Part shown: positions 20,232 to 30,593 of the stretch, piece by piece
Layout: every line of letters starts with the position of its first letter
Numbering within the stretch: the stretch's first letter is position 1
Assembly (NCBI GenBank): GCA_963754925.1
Contig: CAVWHX010000005.1
Span: forward strand, 128,001-192,000
Source: an uncultured delta proteobacterium
GTDB lineage: Bacteria; Myxococcota; B64-G9
Length of the DNA: 64,000 bases
Direction of reading: 5' to 3'
Position numbers and translations under genes: made by a program
The notes under the pieces: generated by a model
Told to the model about the DNA's origin: nothing
The model's input: the letters and a program-made list of their open reading frames with translations, nothing else
Databases searched by the model: none

Positions 20232-22120
20232 TGAAACCGGCGATCGGAACGTGGGGGATAGTGCGCGGCCCGCAGGCGCTTACGCTGTATACGCTCGGGA
20301 TGCTCGGCCTCTATATCGGCGAGCGTCTCATCGGAGGTTCCGGCGAGACACGGGTGATCATAAACCTGGTCGGAGCCGGATTGGTTCTTCTCGGCTGCGG
20401 TATGTTCACCGCAGCCTGGCTGCGATCGAGTGGCGTCGCGGCCGCAACCGAACGTTTGGCTACGCTGCTCTCGTATGGAGGCCTGCTTGGTCTATTGCTG
20501 TATCTCGTGCAATCAGACCTGGTGATGGGTTCGCCGAACCCGCTTGGCGCTGCTCAGCATGTCGTGGGCTTCGTCGAGGTGCTGAAGGTGGCCTGGCCAA
20601 TCGTTCTGATCGGTTCGGTCCTCCCGCTTTTCGTTATTCAATGGCGGGTCGCAGCGATGGATGCCGGACGATTGGACCTGCGGCGGATACACGCGTCGGC
20701 TGTTGCCGGCGCCACCACAGCTATCTTCCTGGCGACCCTATTTCTCGTCAATGCGGTTGCCGCGCGTAAGGATGTGCAGATCGATCTGAGTTATTTCAAG
20801 ACCTCATCGGCCAGCAATTCAACCACCGCGTTAGTCGAGGGGCTCGACGCTGACGTCGAGGTACTGTTGTTTTTTCCGGAGTCCAACGAAGTTCTCGATC
20901 AAATCCAACCCTACTTTAAGGAATTGGCCCGGCGTTCAAGTCACCTGAAACTGACCGTCATCGATAAGTCACTGGAACCCGAGCTCGCCCGGCTGAACCA
21001 GGTCACCAAGGACGGCACGGTGGTGTTAACCCAAGGCAGCAATCGCCAGAAGTTCGAGATTGGCGCGGACCCGGAAGCAGCTCGGCGCAATCTGCGCAAG
21101 CTTGACAGCGATTTCCAAAACAACCTGCTTAAGCTCTCCCGCCCGCGGGGTGCCGTCTACCTCATCTCCGGCCACGGCGAGCGAACAACCGAAGTGATCG
21201 AGGGTGACAACCGCGCACGCCTGAGCAAACTCAAGGGGTTCTTGGAAGCAAAAAATTACCAGGTGAAAATATTGAGCGGAGCGCAGGGGCTCTCCGTTCG
21301 TGTGCCGGAAGACGCCGCTCTCGTGATGATGATCGGACCGACCGGGCCGTTGTTTCCGGGCGAGCTTGGGGCGATCCAGGCCTATTTGGAACGCGGCGGC
21401 CATTTGCTGCTGATGCTGGATCCTGAGGCCGGCCCGCAGGACCAAGAATTGCTGACCTACCTGGGGTTGTCATTTGCGCCGACGAAACTGGCGAATGACC
21501 ATGCGTACGGAGTCATCACCCACACCCGGGCTGATATCTACAACCTGGTTACGAATCGGTATTCCTCCCATCCCGCCGTGTCTACGGTTAGCCGCCATAG
21601 CAACCTGTTGCCGATTATCGTTCCAACCGCGGGATACCTTGAGGCCACGCCTAATGCGAAGACGAAAGTCAACTTCTTGGTGCGCTCACTGGATGACACC
21701 TGGGATGATAGAGACAGCGATATGCAGCTTTCCGCTAACGAACAAAGAAAAGTCTATCAATTGGCTGCGGCGGTGAACAAGAAAGTAACGGTTCCCGAAC
21801 CGGTTCCGAAACCACCGAAGCCGGCCGAGGCTGCAGAAATGCGTTCGATTGTCTTCGCTGATGCGGACGTTTTTTCAGACGACTTAATGCAGCTTGCAGG
21901 CAACCAGGCCCTGATGGCGGATATGATCGCCTGGTTGGTCGGCGAGCCATCGGCCTTGGCTGCGCCCCCTACCAACGAGGAGGACATTCCCATTGCCCAC
22001 ACGCGCGGCCAGGACGTATTTTGGTTCTATGGCACGGTTTTTATGGCCCCGCTCTTGATCATCGGCATTGGTTTGGCGACGCGGTGGGGGCGTGGTTGGA
22101 AGAGGAGGGCAGGGAAATGA
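20222..22120 (+). CDS. GldG-like ABC auxiliary protein
   Basis: N-terminal TM segments, SGHGE motif, YLERGGHLLLMLDP, C-terminal TM; overlaps both neighbours. Confidence 0.82.
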   Translation: MALVKPAIGTWGIVRGPQALTLYTLGMLGLYIGERLIGGSGETRVIINLVGAGLVLLGCGMFTAAWLRSSGVAAATERLATLLSYGGLLGLLLYLVQSDLVMGSPNPLGAAQHVVGFVEVLKVAWPIVLIGSVLPLFVIQWRVAAMDAGRLDLRRIHASAVAGATTAIFLATLFLVNAVAARKDVQIDLSYFKTSSASNSTTALVEGLDADVEVLLFFPESNEVLDQIQPYFKELARRSSHLKLTVIDKSLEPELARLNQVTKDGTVVLTQGSNRQKFEIGADPEAARRNLRKLDSDFQNNLLKLSRPRGAVYLISGHGERTTEVIEGDNRARLSKLKGFLEAKNYQVKILSGAQGLSVRVPEDAALVMMIGPTGPLFPGELGAIQAYLERGGHLLLMLDPEAGPQDQELLTYLGLSFAPTKLANDHAYGVITHTRADIYNLVTNRYSSHPAVSTVSRHSNLLPIIVPTAGYLEATPNAKTKVNFLVRSLDDTWDDRDSDMQLSANEQRKVYQLAAAVNKKVTVPEPVPKPPKPAEAAEMRSIVFADADVFSDDLMQLAGNQALMADMIAWLVGEPSALAAPPTNEEDIPIAHTRGQDVFWFYGTVFMAPLLIIGIGLATRWGRGWKRRAGK

Positions 22121-23130
22121 AAGCCAGGCGCTCGCTCGGTCTCCACATCGCGGCCCTGGCAGTTGCCGGAGTGGCGGCTTTTTGGGTCTATAGCAACAAG
22201 GAGCAGGCGGCGACGGGAACGGTTGTGCTGGATGTTGCCCACGATCAATTAACGAAGTTGACGTTTGGCACTGGCAAACGCATGCTTGAGGCCGTCAAGC
22301 GCCAGGGATCGTCGGGGTGGATGTTGACCGTGAGCGAGCAGAAAGACGAAAAGACCCAGACGCGTACGCAAACCGCCAAGTACCTCGCGAACGATGAATT
22401 TGAAAAGGCCGTAGAGCGGCTGTTGCCAATACGGGCGGAGCGTATGCTTCCGTCGCCCGATCCGCAACAACTCAAGCAATATGGATTGGACGGTGACCGG
22501 CGGTTAAGATTAGAAATCGGTAGCCAGACCGTAAGCCTGGTGGTGGGCAATGAAACATACGGAGGGTTAACCACCTACCTACGTCAGGAGCCGAGCGGTC
22601 AACCATTTTTGCTGTCTTCGGCTTTGGTGCGAGCCTTCGATGTAAACGGTCCGCGCTATCTCGAGCACCGGGTCCTATCACTTGACAAAAAGGCCATTGC
22701 TCGTATGGTGCTGACCGCTCAAAGCGAAAGCCGGACGTTCCTTCACGCCGAATCCGACAAGATTGCCGATGGGGATACGTGGGCCGACCCAGCCACCCCG
22801 GATCAGCCGAACGAGCTTTACAAAAACTGGATGGCAAAAGTCTTTCGCCTCCAGGTGGCAGAATATCTGAACGATGAACCGGCCCTGGTGCCGACTGAAG
22901 TTATGAAAATTGAGTTTAGTTCGAGGAACAACACGCTTGACACGCTCGAAATAGCGTCATTGAAAACGCCTGACGGGAAAACCGACTACCTGGCGCGTAG
23001 TCGCTTAACCGGAAGCTGGGTAAAATTAGTGCGGCCGACGGCGGAAGGGGTGGTGGCGGATCTTCCTTCTATGCTGGGCACGGCGCCGGGTGCTTCGACG
23101 AGTCAATCCGCGGTACGTCAAAAACCGTAA
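22117..23130 (+). CDS. DUF4340-like periplasmic protein
   Basis: N-terminal anchor, LKQYGLD motif, ATGA overlap with the GldG-like gene, typical position in this operon. Confidence 0.72.
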   Translation: MKARRSLGLHIAALAVAGVAAFWVYSNKEQAATGTVVLDVAHDQLTKLTFGTGKRMLEAVKRQGSSGWMLTVSEQKDEKTQTRTQTAKYLANDEFEKAVERLLPIRAERMLPSPDPQQLKQYGLDGDRRLRLEIGSQTVSLVVGNETYGGLTTYLRQEPSGQPFLLSSALVRAFDVNGPRYLEHRVLSLDKKAIARMVLTAQSESRTFLHAESDKIADGDTWADPATPDQPNELYKNWMAKVFRLQVAEYLNDEPALVPTEVMKIEFSSRNNTLDTLEIASLKTPDGKTDYLARSRLTGSWVKLVRPTAEGVVADLPSMLGTAPGASTSQSAVRQKP

Positions 23131-23132
23131 CA

Positions 23133-23324
23133 TCAGACATTCTTTGCGATCATACCCGATTTTATACATTGGGCGCAGACCCGCATCGTGGTGCGCCGAC
23201 CTTCACGTATCACGTGAACCGTTTGCAGGTTCGGCAGTTGGCGCATCTTCGTGCGATTATTGGCATGGGAGACGCGGTTGCCGGTCAGGGGGCCTTTCCC
23301 ACATACTTCGCATCTTCTGGACAT
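23133..23324 (-). CDS. rpmB: 50S ribosomal protein L28
   Basis: [10 protein letters not shown]...GNRVSHAN...PNLQ...VCAQC. Confidence 0.96.
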   Translation of the reverse strand: MSRRCEVCGKGPLTGNRVSHANNRTKMRQLPNLQTVHVIREGRRTTMRVCAQCIKSGMIAKNV

Positions 23325-23411
23325 GAGACTTCTCCTCTACGTGCAACAAAGGGCGTTTACTTAACATGCCCAAGAGTGGAGATCAACATTTTTCGTAGCG
23401 TTAGGGAACGC

Positions 23412-24828
23412 CTACAGTAGTTTTTTCAGTTTCACTCGTTCCCCAATGGTTCGCACGGCTTGTTTAGCCGCGTACGCAGCTCCTTCAATTCCAAGCCCCG
23501 GAATGGCTTCGGGACCGCAGAATATAAGGTTAGCAAACGCCGGTTGGGGAGCGATGATCGCCATGCCAAGGGCAACTTCGCGCTCGGCGACTGACACGGC
23601 ATGGGGTACGTAGGCATGCTCTTTCGGAGAAGAGTATTTTATTTGTTTCTTATCAAGAAAGGGAATAAGCCACCGGGCCGCAGATAAGAGACGCTCCTGC
23701 AACGAAGCTAAATAGTTCAATTCGTCGGTGATGCGCGTGGATGGAGCGAGACACGAAAAGTTCAGACAAATCTGATCCTGCAGGCCGGGGATGGGCACGC
23801 GGAGCACCCGAATGAGGTTGTCTTCGGTGAGTGCGTGATCGGGCTTGCGGACCAGAATCAACTGATGGCCAAAACCCAGCGGCAGGGTCTCTTCAGGGAG
23901 TATGAGATTGAAAGAAAAAATATAAACGTCGGTGCGAACTGAAGCTGCCAGCTGGCGCAGCCGCCTCGGAAGGTTACGGCTTGGGATGAGCTGCGTGAGC
24001 TTATCAAAGCGTAGATTTGCGAGAAGCGATCCGCAGTTGTAGACGTTGGCGGTACCGTCGACCGCAATACCGGTCACCTGCTTATCCATCAACCGTAACT
24101 CTTTTATTTCAATGGTATTTTCAATATCCACGCCAAGCTTTCGCAACACAGCTCGCACCCGACTGTCAAAGTCGGGCACGTGGCGCATTCCTTTGATAAG
24201 TCCCAGGATCAGGTGGCTTTTGACGGTCTCGATGCGCGTATCGTTTGAAATCCCAGGAAACAAAAGATGTTGCCGCAACGAGCGCCTTAAACAATGGCGG
24301 CAGGCGCGTCGCATCAAGTTCCGCGAGGTCGCTCAGGCGTTTGGTCATGCGTCGAAAACGGGCCCGTTCCATCAAGCTGTTTGGCGGCAACGGCGGATAC
24401 GTGGCAAGCACCTCCTGGAGAATTGAATCATGGGTCTGCAGCGTACCTAGCGCCTCCATAAAGGACGAGCGCTCTTCTGGCGCGGCGCGACGTAGTTCGT
24501 TGTCCATCTGATTTGGATCGGCTGAGACATCGACTCGCTTCATCGGCGTTATCAATTGCAAGCCGATTCCTTCTTTACTACCTAACCGATGCACGGGATC
24601 TTCGACGGCGAGCTGGCTCAACAACTCATCGAGAACCGGGGCGTGGCCGTGAGGGGGGAGCCAGGTCAACAGGGTAGGCAGGGATAACTCATCGTGAAGA
24701 TAGCTCTCCGGGAATTCCTTTCCGGCCACGAGAATCCGGTATCCCTGGCGCCGCAGCATCCCGGCCGCGAGCAATCCTCCGGGCTCCTGGCCTACGACAA
24801 TGACATCGTGAAAGCTGGTACGCGCCAT
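23412..24828 (-). CDS. FAD-dependent oxidoreductase (phytoene-desaturase-like, divergent); one frameshift at ~24260
   Basis: DVIVVG...GLLAAG N-terminus and NLIFCGPEAIPGLGIEG C-terminus; two overlapping ORFs whose joint length is 3n+1. Confidence 0.65.
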
Positions 24829-24852
24829 GATTATGAACCATCAGCATAATCG

Positions 24853-25902
24853 TTACATGTTGGTCGGTAAGAAAAAGAAATCCTCGCCGGGACTCCGGCG
24901 TTCGATAACCGAGCCGATTACCCAGCTACTGATCCCGTGATGTTCAAGCACTCCTTGGGCAGCCTCCACGGTAGAGGCTGGTAATACCGCCGCCATACCC
25001 ACCCCGCAGTTAAAGGTTTGAAACATCTCCTTATCGTCTATTTTACCGATTTTACGGATATAATCGAATATCGGCGCTATCGGCCAACTTCCCAGCTGTA
25101 CTTGCGCCGCAAGGGTTTCAGGCATCACCCGCGGAATATTTCCGGGTAATCCGCTGCCGGTGATATGCGCGAGCGCATGCAGCTCGACTTTTTGCTTTAA
25201 CTCAAGCGCGGCGCGGACATAAATGCGGGTGGGTTGGATGAGCGCTTCTCCGAGGGATTGTGAGAACCCGGGGGGAACCACCGTCAGATCAAGGTGTTGA
25301 TCTTCGAGCAGCACGCGCCGCACTAGCGAAAAGCCATTGCTGTGCAGGCCGGTCGAGGCCAATCCGAGTATGCGATCGCCTGCCTGAACGCGGTGGCTGC
25401 CGAGGAGCTCAGCACGCTCGACCACGCCAACCGCGAAGCCGGCCAAATCATACTCGCCGGAGGCATAAAAACCCGGCATCTCGGCGGTCTCGCCGCCCAG
25501 CAGCGCGCACTGAGCCTGGCGGCAGCCCTCGGCAATGCCTGCTATCACCTGTTGGCCCTGCTCGATGTCGAGTTTCGAGGTTGCAAAGTAATCCAGAAAA
25601 AAAAGCGGTTCGGCGCCGGTTGTCACCACGTCATTGACGCTCATGGCGACGAGATCGATTCCTACGGTGGAATGTCTCCCGGTAAGAAAGGCTATCTTTA
25701 ATTTAGTACCCACACCGTCGGTGCCGGAAACCAAGATGGGATCGCGAAAGCGGCGCGCATTGAGGGCAAACAGTCCCGAGAATCCGCCCAAGGATCCGAC
25801 CACTTCGGGCCGGAAGGTGCTTTGGGCGAGCGGTCCGATCCGATCGACGAATTGGTCGCCGGCTTTAATATCGACACCGGCCTCTCGATAGGTCAACGAC
25901 AT
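24853..25902 (-). CDS. purM: Phosphoribosylformylglycinamidine cyclo-ligase
   Basis: YREAGVDI, GTDGVGTK, GGETAEMPG and GLHSNGFS motifs. Confidence 0.97.
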   Translation of the reverse strand: MSLTYREAGVDIKAGDQFVDRIGPLAQSTFRPEVVGSLGGFSGLFALNARRFRDPILVSGTDGVGTKLKIAFLTGRHSTVGIDLVAMSVNDVVTTGAEPLFFLDYFATSKLDIEQGQQVIAGIAEGCRQAQCALLGGETAEMPGFYASGEYDLAGFAVGVVERAELLGSHRVQAGDRILGLASTGLHSNGFSLVRRVLLEDQHLDLTVVPPGFSQSLGEALIQPTRIYVRAALELKQKVELHALAHITGSGLPGNIPRVMPETLAAQVQLGSWPIAPIFDYIRKIGKIDDKEMFQTFNCGVGMAAVLPASTVEAAQGVLEHHGISSWVIGSVIERRSPGEDFFFLPTNM

Positions 25903-25946
25903 GCCGGTACGCTATATCAATGCTGGCATGAAAGTCAACCGAGTGC

Positions 25947-26582
25947 TTACCATCCGGTTGCAGAGGGAAGAACATCGTTCGATTGCTGATTTGTTTCCCA
26001 CGTCGCAATGATAAGAGCGCTTCGGGTTGATTCAGAATGCTGCTCAAGCGAAGCTTTCACTTTAGTAACACTGCCAATCTTACCCATCGCCTGGACGAAC
26101 GCGGAAACCCCGATTAGATACGGTCGGCTTCGGACCATCACCAAGGGCAGATCGTGAAGCTCCAGCAGGAGGCGACCGGGGCCATTTTCAACGGCAGACA
26201 TCGTTCCGCAATTGTTGTGCACGATACTCCACGTAAGGGGCGCGTTCACGAGTGTGGTCGCCGTTCTGATCATGAATAGATTCATTCTGGCTCGAATAAA
26301 AGGCCCCACCAACGACGAGTTGATCGAGTATAGTGAAGCTCGAAGAGCCCACTTAAACAGTTCGTCCTCAGTCACCTCGGCCGCCACGCATTCACTGAGC
26401 CGGATACTGTATTCAAGCGGCAACCATTCATCATCCTTTGTCTCATGAATAACCTGCAACAATTCCTTTGAATACCGTTGCAGAATCCGACTGCCAACTG
26501 AATTGCCGAATAAATATAATGCCTTAAGCTTACTCAATACGTTGCGGCAACGTATCAGAGGTAGAGAATCTAACTCGTCCAT
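25947..26582 (-). CDS. Hypothetical protein (myxobacterial DUF2378-like appearance)
   Basis: 211-aa ORF, WLPLE motif, C-terminal ATW; family assignment tentative. Confidence 0.5.
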   Translation of the reverse strand: MDELDSLPLIRCRNVLSKLKALYLFGNSVGSRILQRYSKELLQVIHETKDDEWLPLEYSIRLSECVAAEVTEDELFKWALRASLYSINSSLVGPFIRARMNLFMIRTATTLVNAPLTWSIVHNNCGTMSAVENGPGRLLLELHDLPLVMVRSRPYLIGVSAFVQAMGKIGSVTKVKASLEQHSESTRSALIIATWETNQQSNDVLPSATGW

Positions 26583-26753
26583 ACGCGAACTCCGAGCTTC
26601 TTAATGTGATTAATAAATTATCTAAAAAAATGGTCCGGTGCAAATAAAATCTTCAGGAAAATTTCAATTAGTGGAATTAAATCGCGACGGCAATATGGTC
26701 ATGCCTTGATGACAAAGCTCTTAGGTCGACAAACGGTCCAGATTGTTTTCCAA

Positions 26754-27629
26754 TCATACAGCGCTGAATGTGCCGCAAATGCATGGTCTTTCGCTGTTCT
26801 CGCGATATAGATCAAATCTACTGGTATTATCAGTAGTTATACTTCTTAGAATCAATTTGCTCTCATAATACACCGGACCTTTAAGGGCAAAATCAAGCCG
26901 TAGCGGTTTTTCAGCACGTAGCTCGGGCAGACAATCGACGCATTTCGCCACGACTCTTATTGGTTGCGCGAAGTCCCGCTGAAATCCAAGCATGCGAGCA
27001 TACACTGATACGTAGTGAATTCCATTGGTGTCCCCAGAAATACGCGCAAAGCGAAATCTGTCTTTTGCGGGAAGAAACCACTCGTTAATTATCGGAGCAT
27101 GTGCCAGAGGTTCAAGTTTTGGAGGAAGGTAAGCCGGTTCGGATTGACCAAACATTCCTGGAAAAAAATAGGTCGTCAGATTCTCCCATACCGTATCATT
27201 TTCGACCGAGACCTCGGATACCACGTCAACCTCCAGCCCTTTCGGAATTATTCGGAGTGCTGCAGTGTGGCAATCCAAGTCCAATACCTCATCGACGCGT
27301 ATGCCTCGATGCATGGTAATACTGTTGCGGGTATTTAAAATCTTGAACATTGATAGCGGCATTTCTCTCCTGCATAACATCCGCATGATGTAGGGATACA
27401 TCACGGCGAAGGGGTAGAGAATAGGCAGGTGGGGCGAAGGACTGGTGCCGCATATGCCGTGGAATTTTTTAAGATGCTGCGTATTTATTTTGAAGCCCGA
27501 TCTGGTGACGCGGATAGCAGGCATTCCTTTTTCCTTCGCGTAGCTGTTTTTTCGGGATCGAAAGGCCTTCCACAACGTGTAGAGGGCTGACGGGGTATCG
27601 TTGAAATTCAGCACGATCGTGGTTTCCAT
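26754..27629 (-). CDS. MaoC-like double hot-dog acyl dehydratase
   Basis: FARISGDTNGIH hydratase motif. Confidence 0.75.
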   Translation of the reverse strand: METTIVLNFNDTPSALYTLWKAFRSRKNSYAKEKGMPAIRVTRSGFKINTQHLKKFHGICGTSPSPHLPILYPFAVMYPYIMRMLCRREMPLSMFKILNTRNSITMHRGIRVDEVLDLDCHTAALRIIPKGLEVDVVSEVSVENDTVWENLTTYFFPGMFGQSEPAYLPPKLEPLAHAPIINEWFLPAKDRFRFARISGDTNGIHYVSVYARMLGFQRDFAQPIRVVAKCVDCLPELRAEKPLRLDFALKGPVYYESKLILRSITTDNTSRFDLYRENSERPCICGTFSAV

Positions 27630-27820
27630 GGGAGCCTCAATATATTAGAATAATAATCTAGAATAAAATTCTATAGAATAGCAACGAATTTTTTACAGCG
27701 CGGGCGGTTGATGAGGGGTTTCATCTGAAGATAACAGTGGAAATAGAATAAATATGGTATACAGTCAATAACCAGGATTTTTTCAGGATGCTCGGGACTC
27801 AAAAGCAAGAAACCATGAAC
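27630..27820. repeat. Copy 1 of a duplicated upstream region (copy 2 at ~29796-29945 plus 30560-30597)
   Basis: Shared blocks CCATGGG.GCCTC, TTAGAA..TAATCTAGAATAAA.TTCTA, TTCATCT..AGATAACAGTGGAAATAG, TATGGTATA and AACCAG. Confidence 0.85.
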
Positions 27821-29771
27821 CGGCGCCGTGACCTAGCCATCGCCGTATTAATTATAGCGACAACTCTCGTGGTCTATGGGCAGGTACGCCACTACGAATT
27901 TGTTAGATCTTGATGACCCGATAAACGTTTATCAAAATGCATACGTGACGAAGGGGCTGACTGGGCAGGGAGTTGTCTGGGCCTTCACCACCATGCAGGC
28001 TGGTCACTGGCATCCCCTGACCTGGTTGTCGCACATGATCGACCAGGAGCTCTTTGGCCTCGACGCCGGCTACCATCACCTGGTCAATGTTTTTTTGCAT
28101 ATCCTCAATAGCCTTTTACTGTACTTTTTGCTGCGGCGCATGACCGGCAATCTCTGGCCGAGTGCCATGGTGGCGGTCTTGTTCGCGCTCCATCCGCTGC
28201 ACGTCGAATCGGTGGCTTGGGTCACTGAACGCAAAGATGTCTTGAGCACATTATTCTTCATGCTGACGTTATTAGCGTATGCGTGGTATACCGATCGGAC
28301 CTGCGTGATCCGCTATGGCGTCGCTCTGGGGTTTCTGGCCTTGGGTTTGATGGCGAAGCCAATGCTGGTGACGACACCGTTTGTGTTGCTCTTGCTCGAT
28401 TACTGGCCCCTTCGGCGCTTTCAGCCGGCACCGAAGGCTGAGCCCCCGGGAACGGGAAGAAATGCTTCGCGCAACAACGAAAACGAACGAAGGTTAACCA
28501 TCGCTGGACTGCTGGTCGAGAAGGTTCCCTTTTTTGCTTTGGTGACTGCGTCGAGCGTGGTGGCATACATAGCCGCTCACCACGGAGATGTCCAAGAGTC
28601 GGCTCCGTTTGGGATTCGAATGGCCAATGCACTGGTCAGCTATGTAGCATACCTAGGAAAACTACTGTGGCCGACTGACTTGGCGGTGTTTTACCCATAT
28701 CGCGGCAGCATCTCAGTGGTTCAATGGTTGGGTGCGTTTATTATGTTAGCAGCTGCAAGCGGCGTTATCATCTGGGTGGGCAGAAGATTGCGGTATCTCA
28801 CCGTTGGATGGCTGTGGTTTATGGGGACTCTGGTGCCGGTGATCGGGCTGATTCAGGTGGGCGAGCAATCTATGGCGGATCGGTTCACCTACATCCCCGC
28901 GATCGGTATTTTTATCATGGTCGTGTGGGGTGTGGCGGAGCTTACGGCGGTTTGGCGACATGGGCGCGTCTTCAATGCCATCGTTGCCTGCGCCGTTAGC
29001 CTTGGTGGTATAGTGGGATCGTGGTTTCAAACCACGTATTGGCAAAACAACGTCACGCTCTTTCAGCACGCGCTCGACGTAACGGAAGACAACTACCTCG
29101 CCCATGTCAGCCTTGGAGAAGCATTAGAACTGCAGGGCCATACAAAAAAGGCGATCCTGCACTATGAAGAAGCGCTGAAAATTCGGCCGCATTATTTCTT
29201 GGCGCTCTATAATCTCGGTGAAGCGCTGGGCAGGCAGGGCAGGTTGGATGAGGCGGTAAGTTTCCTTCTCGAAGCGCTCAGCATTGATCCGAAAAATGCG
29301 GATGCGCACAGCACCCTGGGTTCCATACTGACAAGACAGGGCAATATGGAGGAAGCGATCGGACACCTTCATAAAGCTCTCACGATCAATCCTGAGCACG
29401 CGACGGCCTACAACAATCTGGGCGTTGCATGGTACCGGCAGGGAAAGTTCGGCCAAGCCATCGATCAATTTCGTAAAGCGCTCACGATCGAGCCTCGGTA
29501 CCAAGAGGCGGCCAACAACGTTGGTATTACGTTGATGAAACAAGGAAAAATGAACGAAGCGGCCGAACAGTTTCGCGAGGTGTTGAAACTCAATCCCGAC
29601 TACGCAGAAACACACCATAACCTAGCCATCGTGCTGGCCATGCAAGGTAAGATGAATGAGGCCATTGAACAGTTCCAAGAAGTTATCCGCATTAACCCGA
29701 ATTATCCCGGGGCGCAGGATAAGCTGAATTTCTTGTTGAATCAACGGGCTCAACAGCCAAGCAGTGAATAA
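27815..29771 (+). CDS. TMTC-like GT-C membrane glycosyltransferase with C-terminal TPRs, copy 1; one frameshift at ~27903
   Basis: WHPLTWLS, LFALHPLHVESVAW.TERKDVL and MADRFTY motifs plus TPR repeats. The N-terminus MNRRRDL matches copy 2 once one base is removed. Confidence 0.85.
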
Positions 29772-29795
29772 TCTCATTGGAGAAGGACTGGTGCC

Positions 29796-29945
29796 CCCAT
29801 GGGCGCCTCGCTAAATTAGAACATTAATCTAGAATAAAGTTCTAATAAAAAGCAATGATTTTTCGACGACGCAGGTAGAACGTAAAGGTCTTCATCTATA
29901 GATAACAGTGGAAATAGGGTGCCTATGGTATATGATTGGCAACCA
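29796..29945. repeat. Copy 2 of the duplicated upstream region
   Basis: Aligns block by block with 27625-27775. Confidence 0.85.
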
Positions 29946-29969
29946 GACAGTTCTTTCGGGTGAAGATAG

Positions 29970-30593
29970 ATGTTGATCTACGGCATTACCGGCGGCATTG
30001 GCTCAGGCAAGAGCACCGTCGCAGCCCTGCTCGAACATCAGGGTTTTTTGGTGTTCAACGCTGACGCTATTGGCCGAGAGCTGCTCGGAGAGAAGAGCGC
30101 ACTTACCGCGGAAGTGCTTCGCCGTTTCCCCACCGTTGCTCTCGCAGACGGCACCGTTGATCGAAGCCTTCTTGGAGACTTGGTGTTCGCGGATGCGCAG
30201 GCCCGGCAATCACTCGAGGGCCTGATGCACCCAGCTATTTGGCGGGAGTTAGTCGCTCGAATCGAAGCGCTGGAGTCACGGCCGCCGGTGTGCTTTTTGG
30301 AGGCGGCGTTATTGGCCGATTGCGAGGTTCCCGTGCGGTTAACCGGTTTGGTCCTCGTGACGGCTCCTCTGTCGGTCCGCATCCGCCGCGTGCGCAAGCG
30401 CGATGGCATCAACCGAGAACAGGTGCTGGCGCGGGTGCGAGCTCAGTCGAGCGATGAACATAAAATGTTGCAAGCCACCTATGTCATCGATAACGGGGGA
30501 AGTGCGGCTGAGACCAAACACCAGCTAAAAGAAATCATACGTTTGATTGCGCTGGAAGTAGGATGGCAGGGATTCAAAAGCCAGAAACCATGA
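29970..30593 (+). CDS. coaE: Dephospho-CoA kinase
   Basis: GITGGIGSGKST, VDRSLLG.LVF, MHP and VIDN motifs. Confidence 0.95.
   Translation: MLIYGITGGIGSGKSTVAALLEHQGFLVFNADAIGRELLGEKSALTAEVLRRFPTVALADGTVDRSLLGDLVFADAQARQSLEGLMHPAIWRELVARIEALESRPPVCFLEAALLADCEVPVRLTGLVLVTAPLSVRIRRVRKRDGINREQVLARVRAQSSDEHKMLQATYVIDNGGSAAETKHQLKEIIRLIALEVGWQGFKSQKP

Noticed and set aside
29040..29720. Internal ~102-bp periodicity as a DNA repeat element
   Set aside because: Explained by TPR protein repeats.
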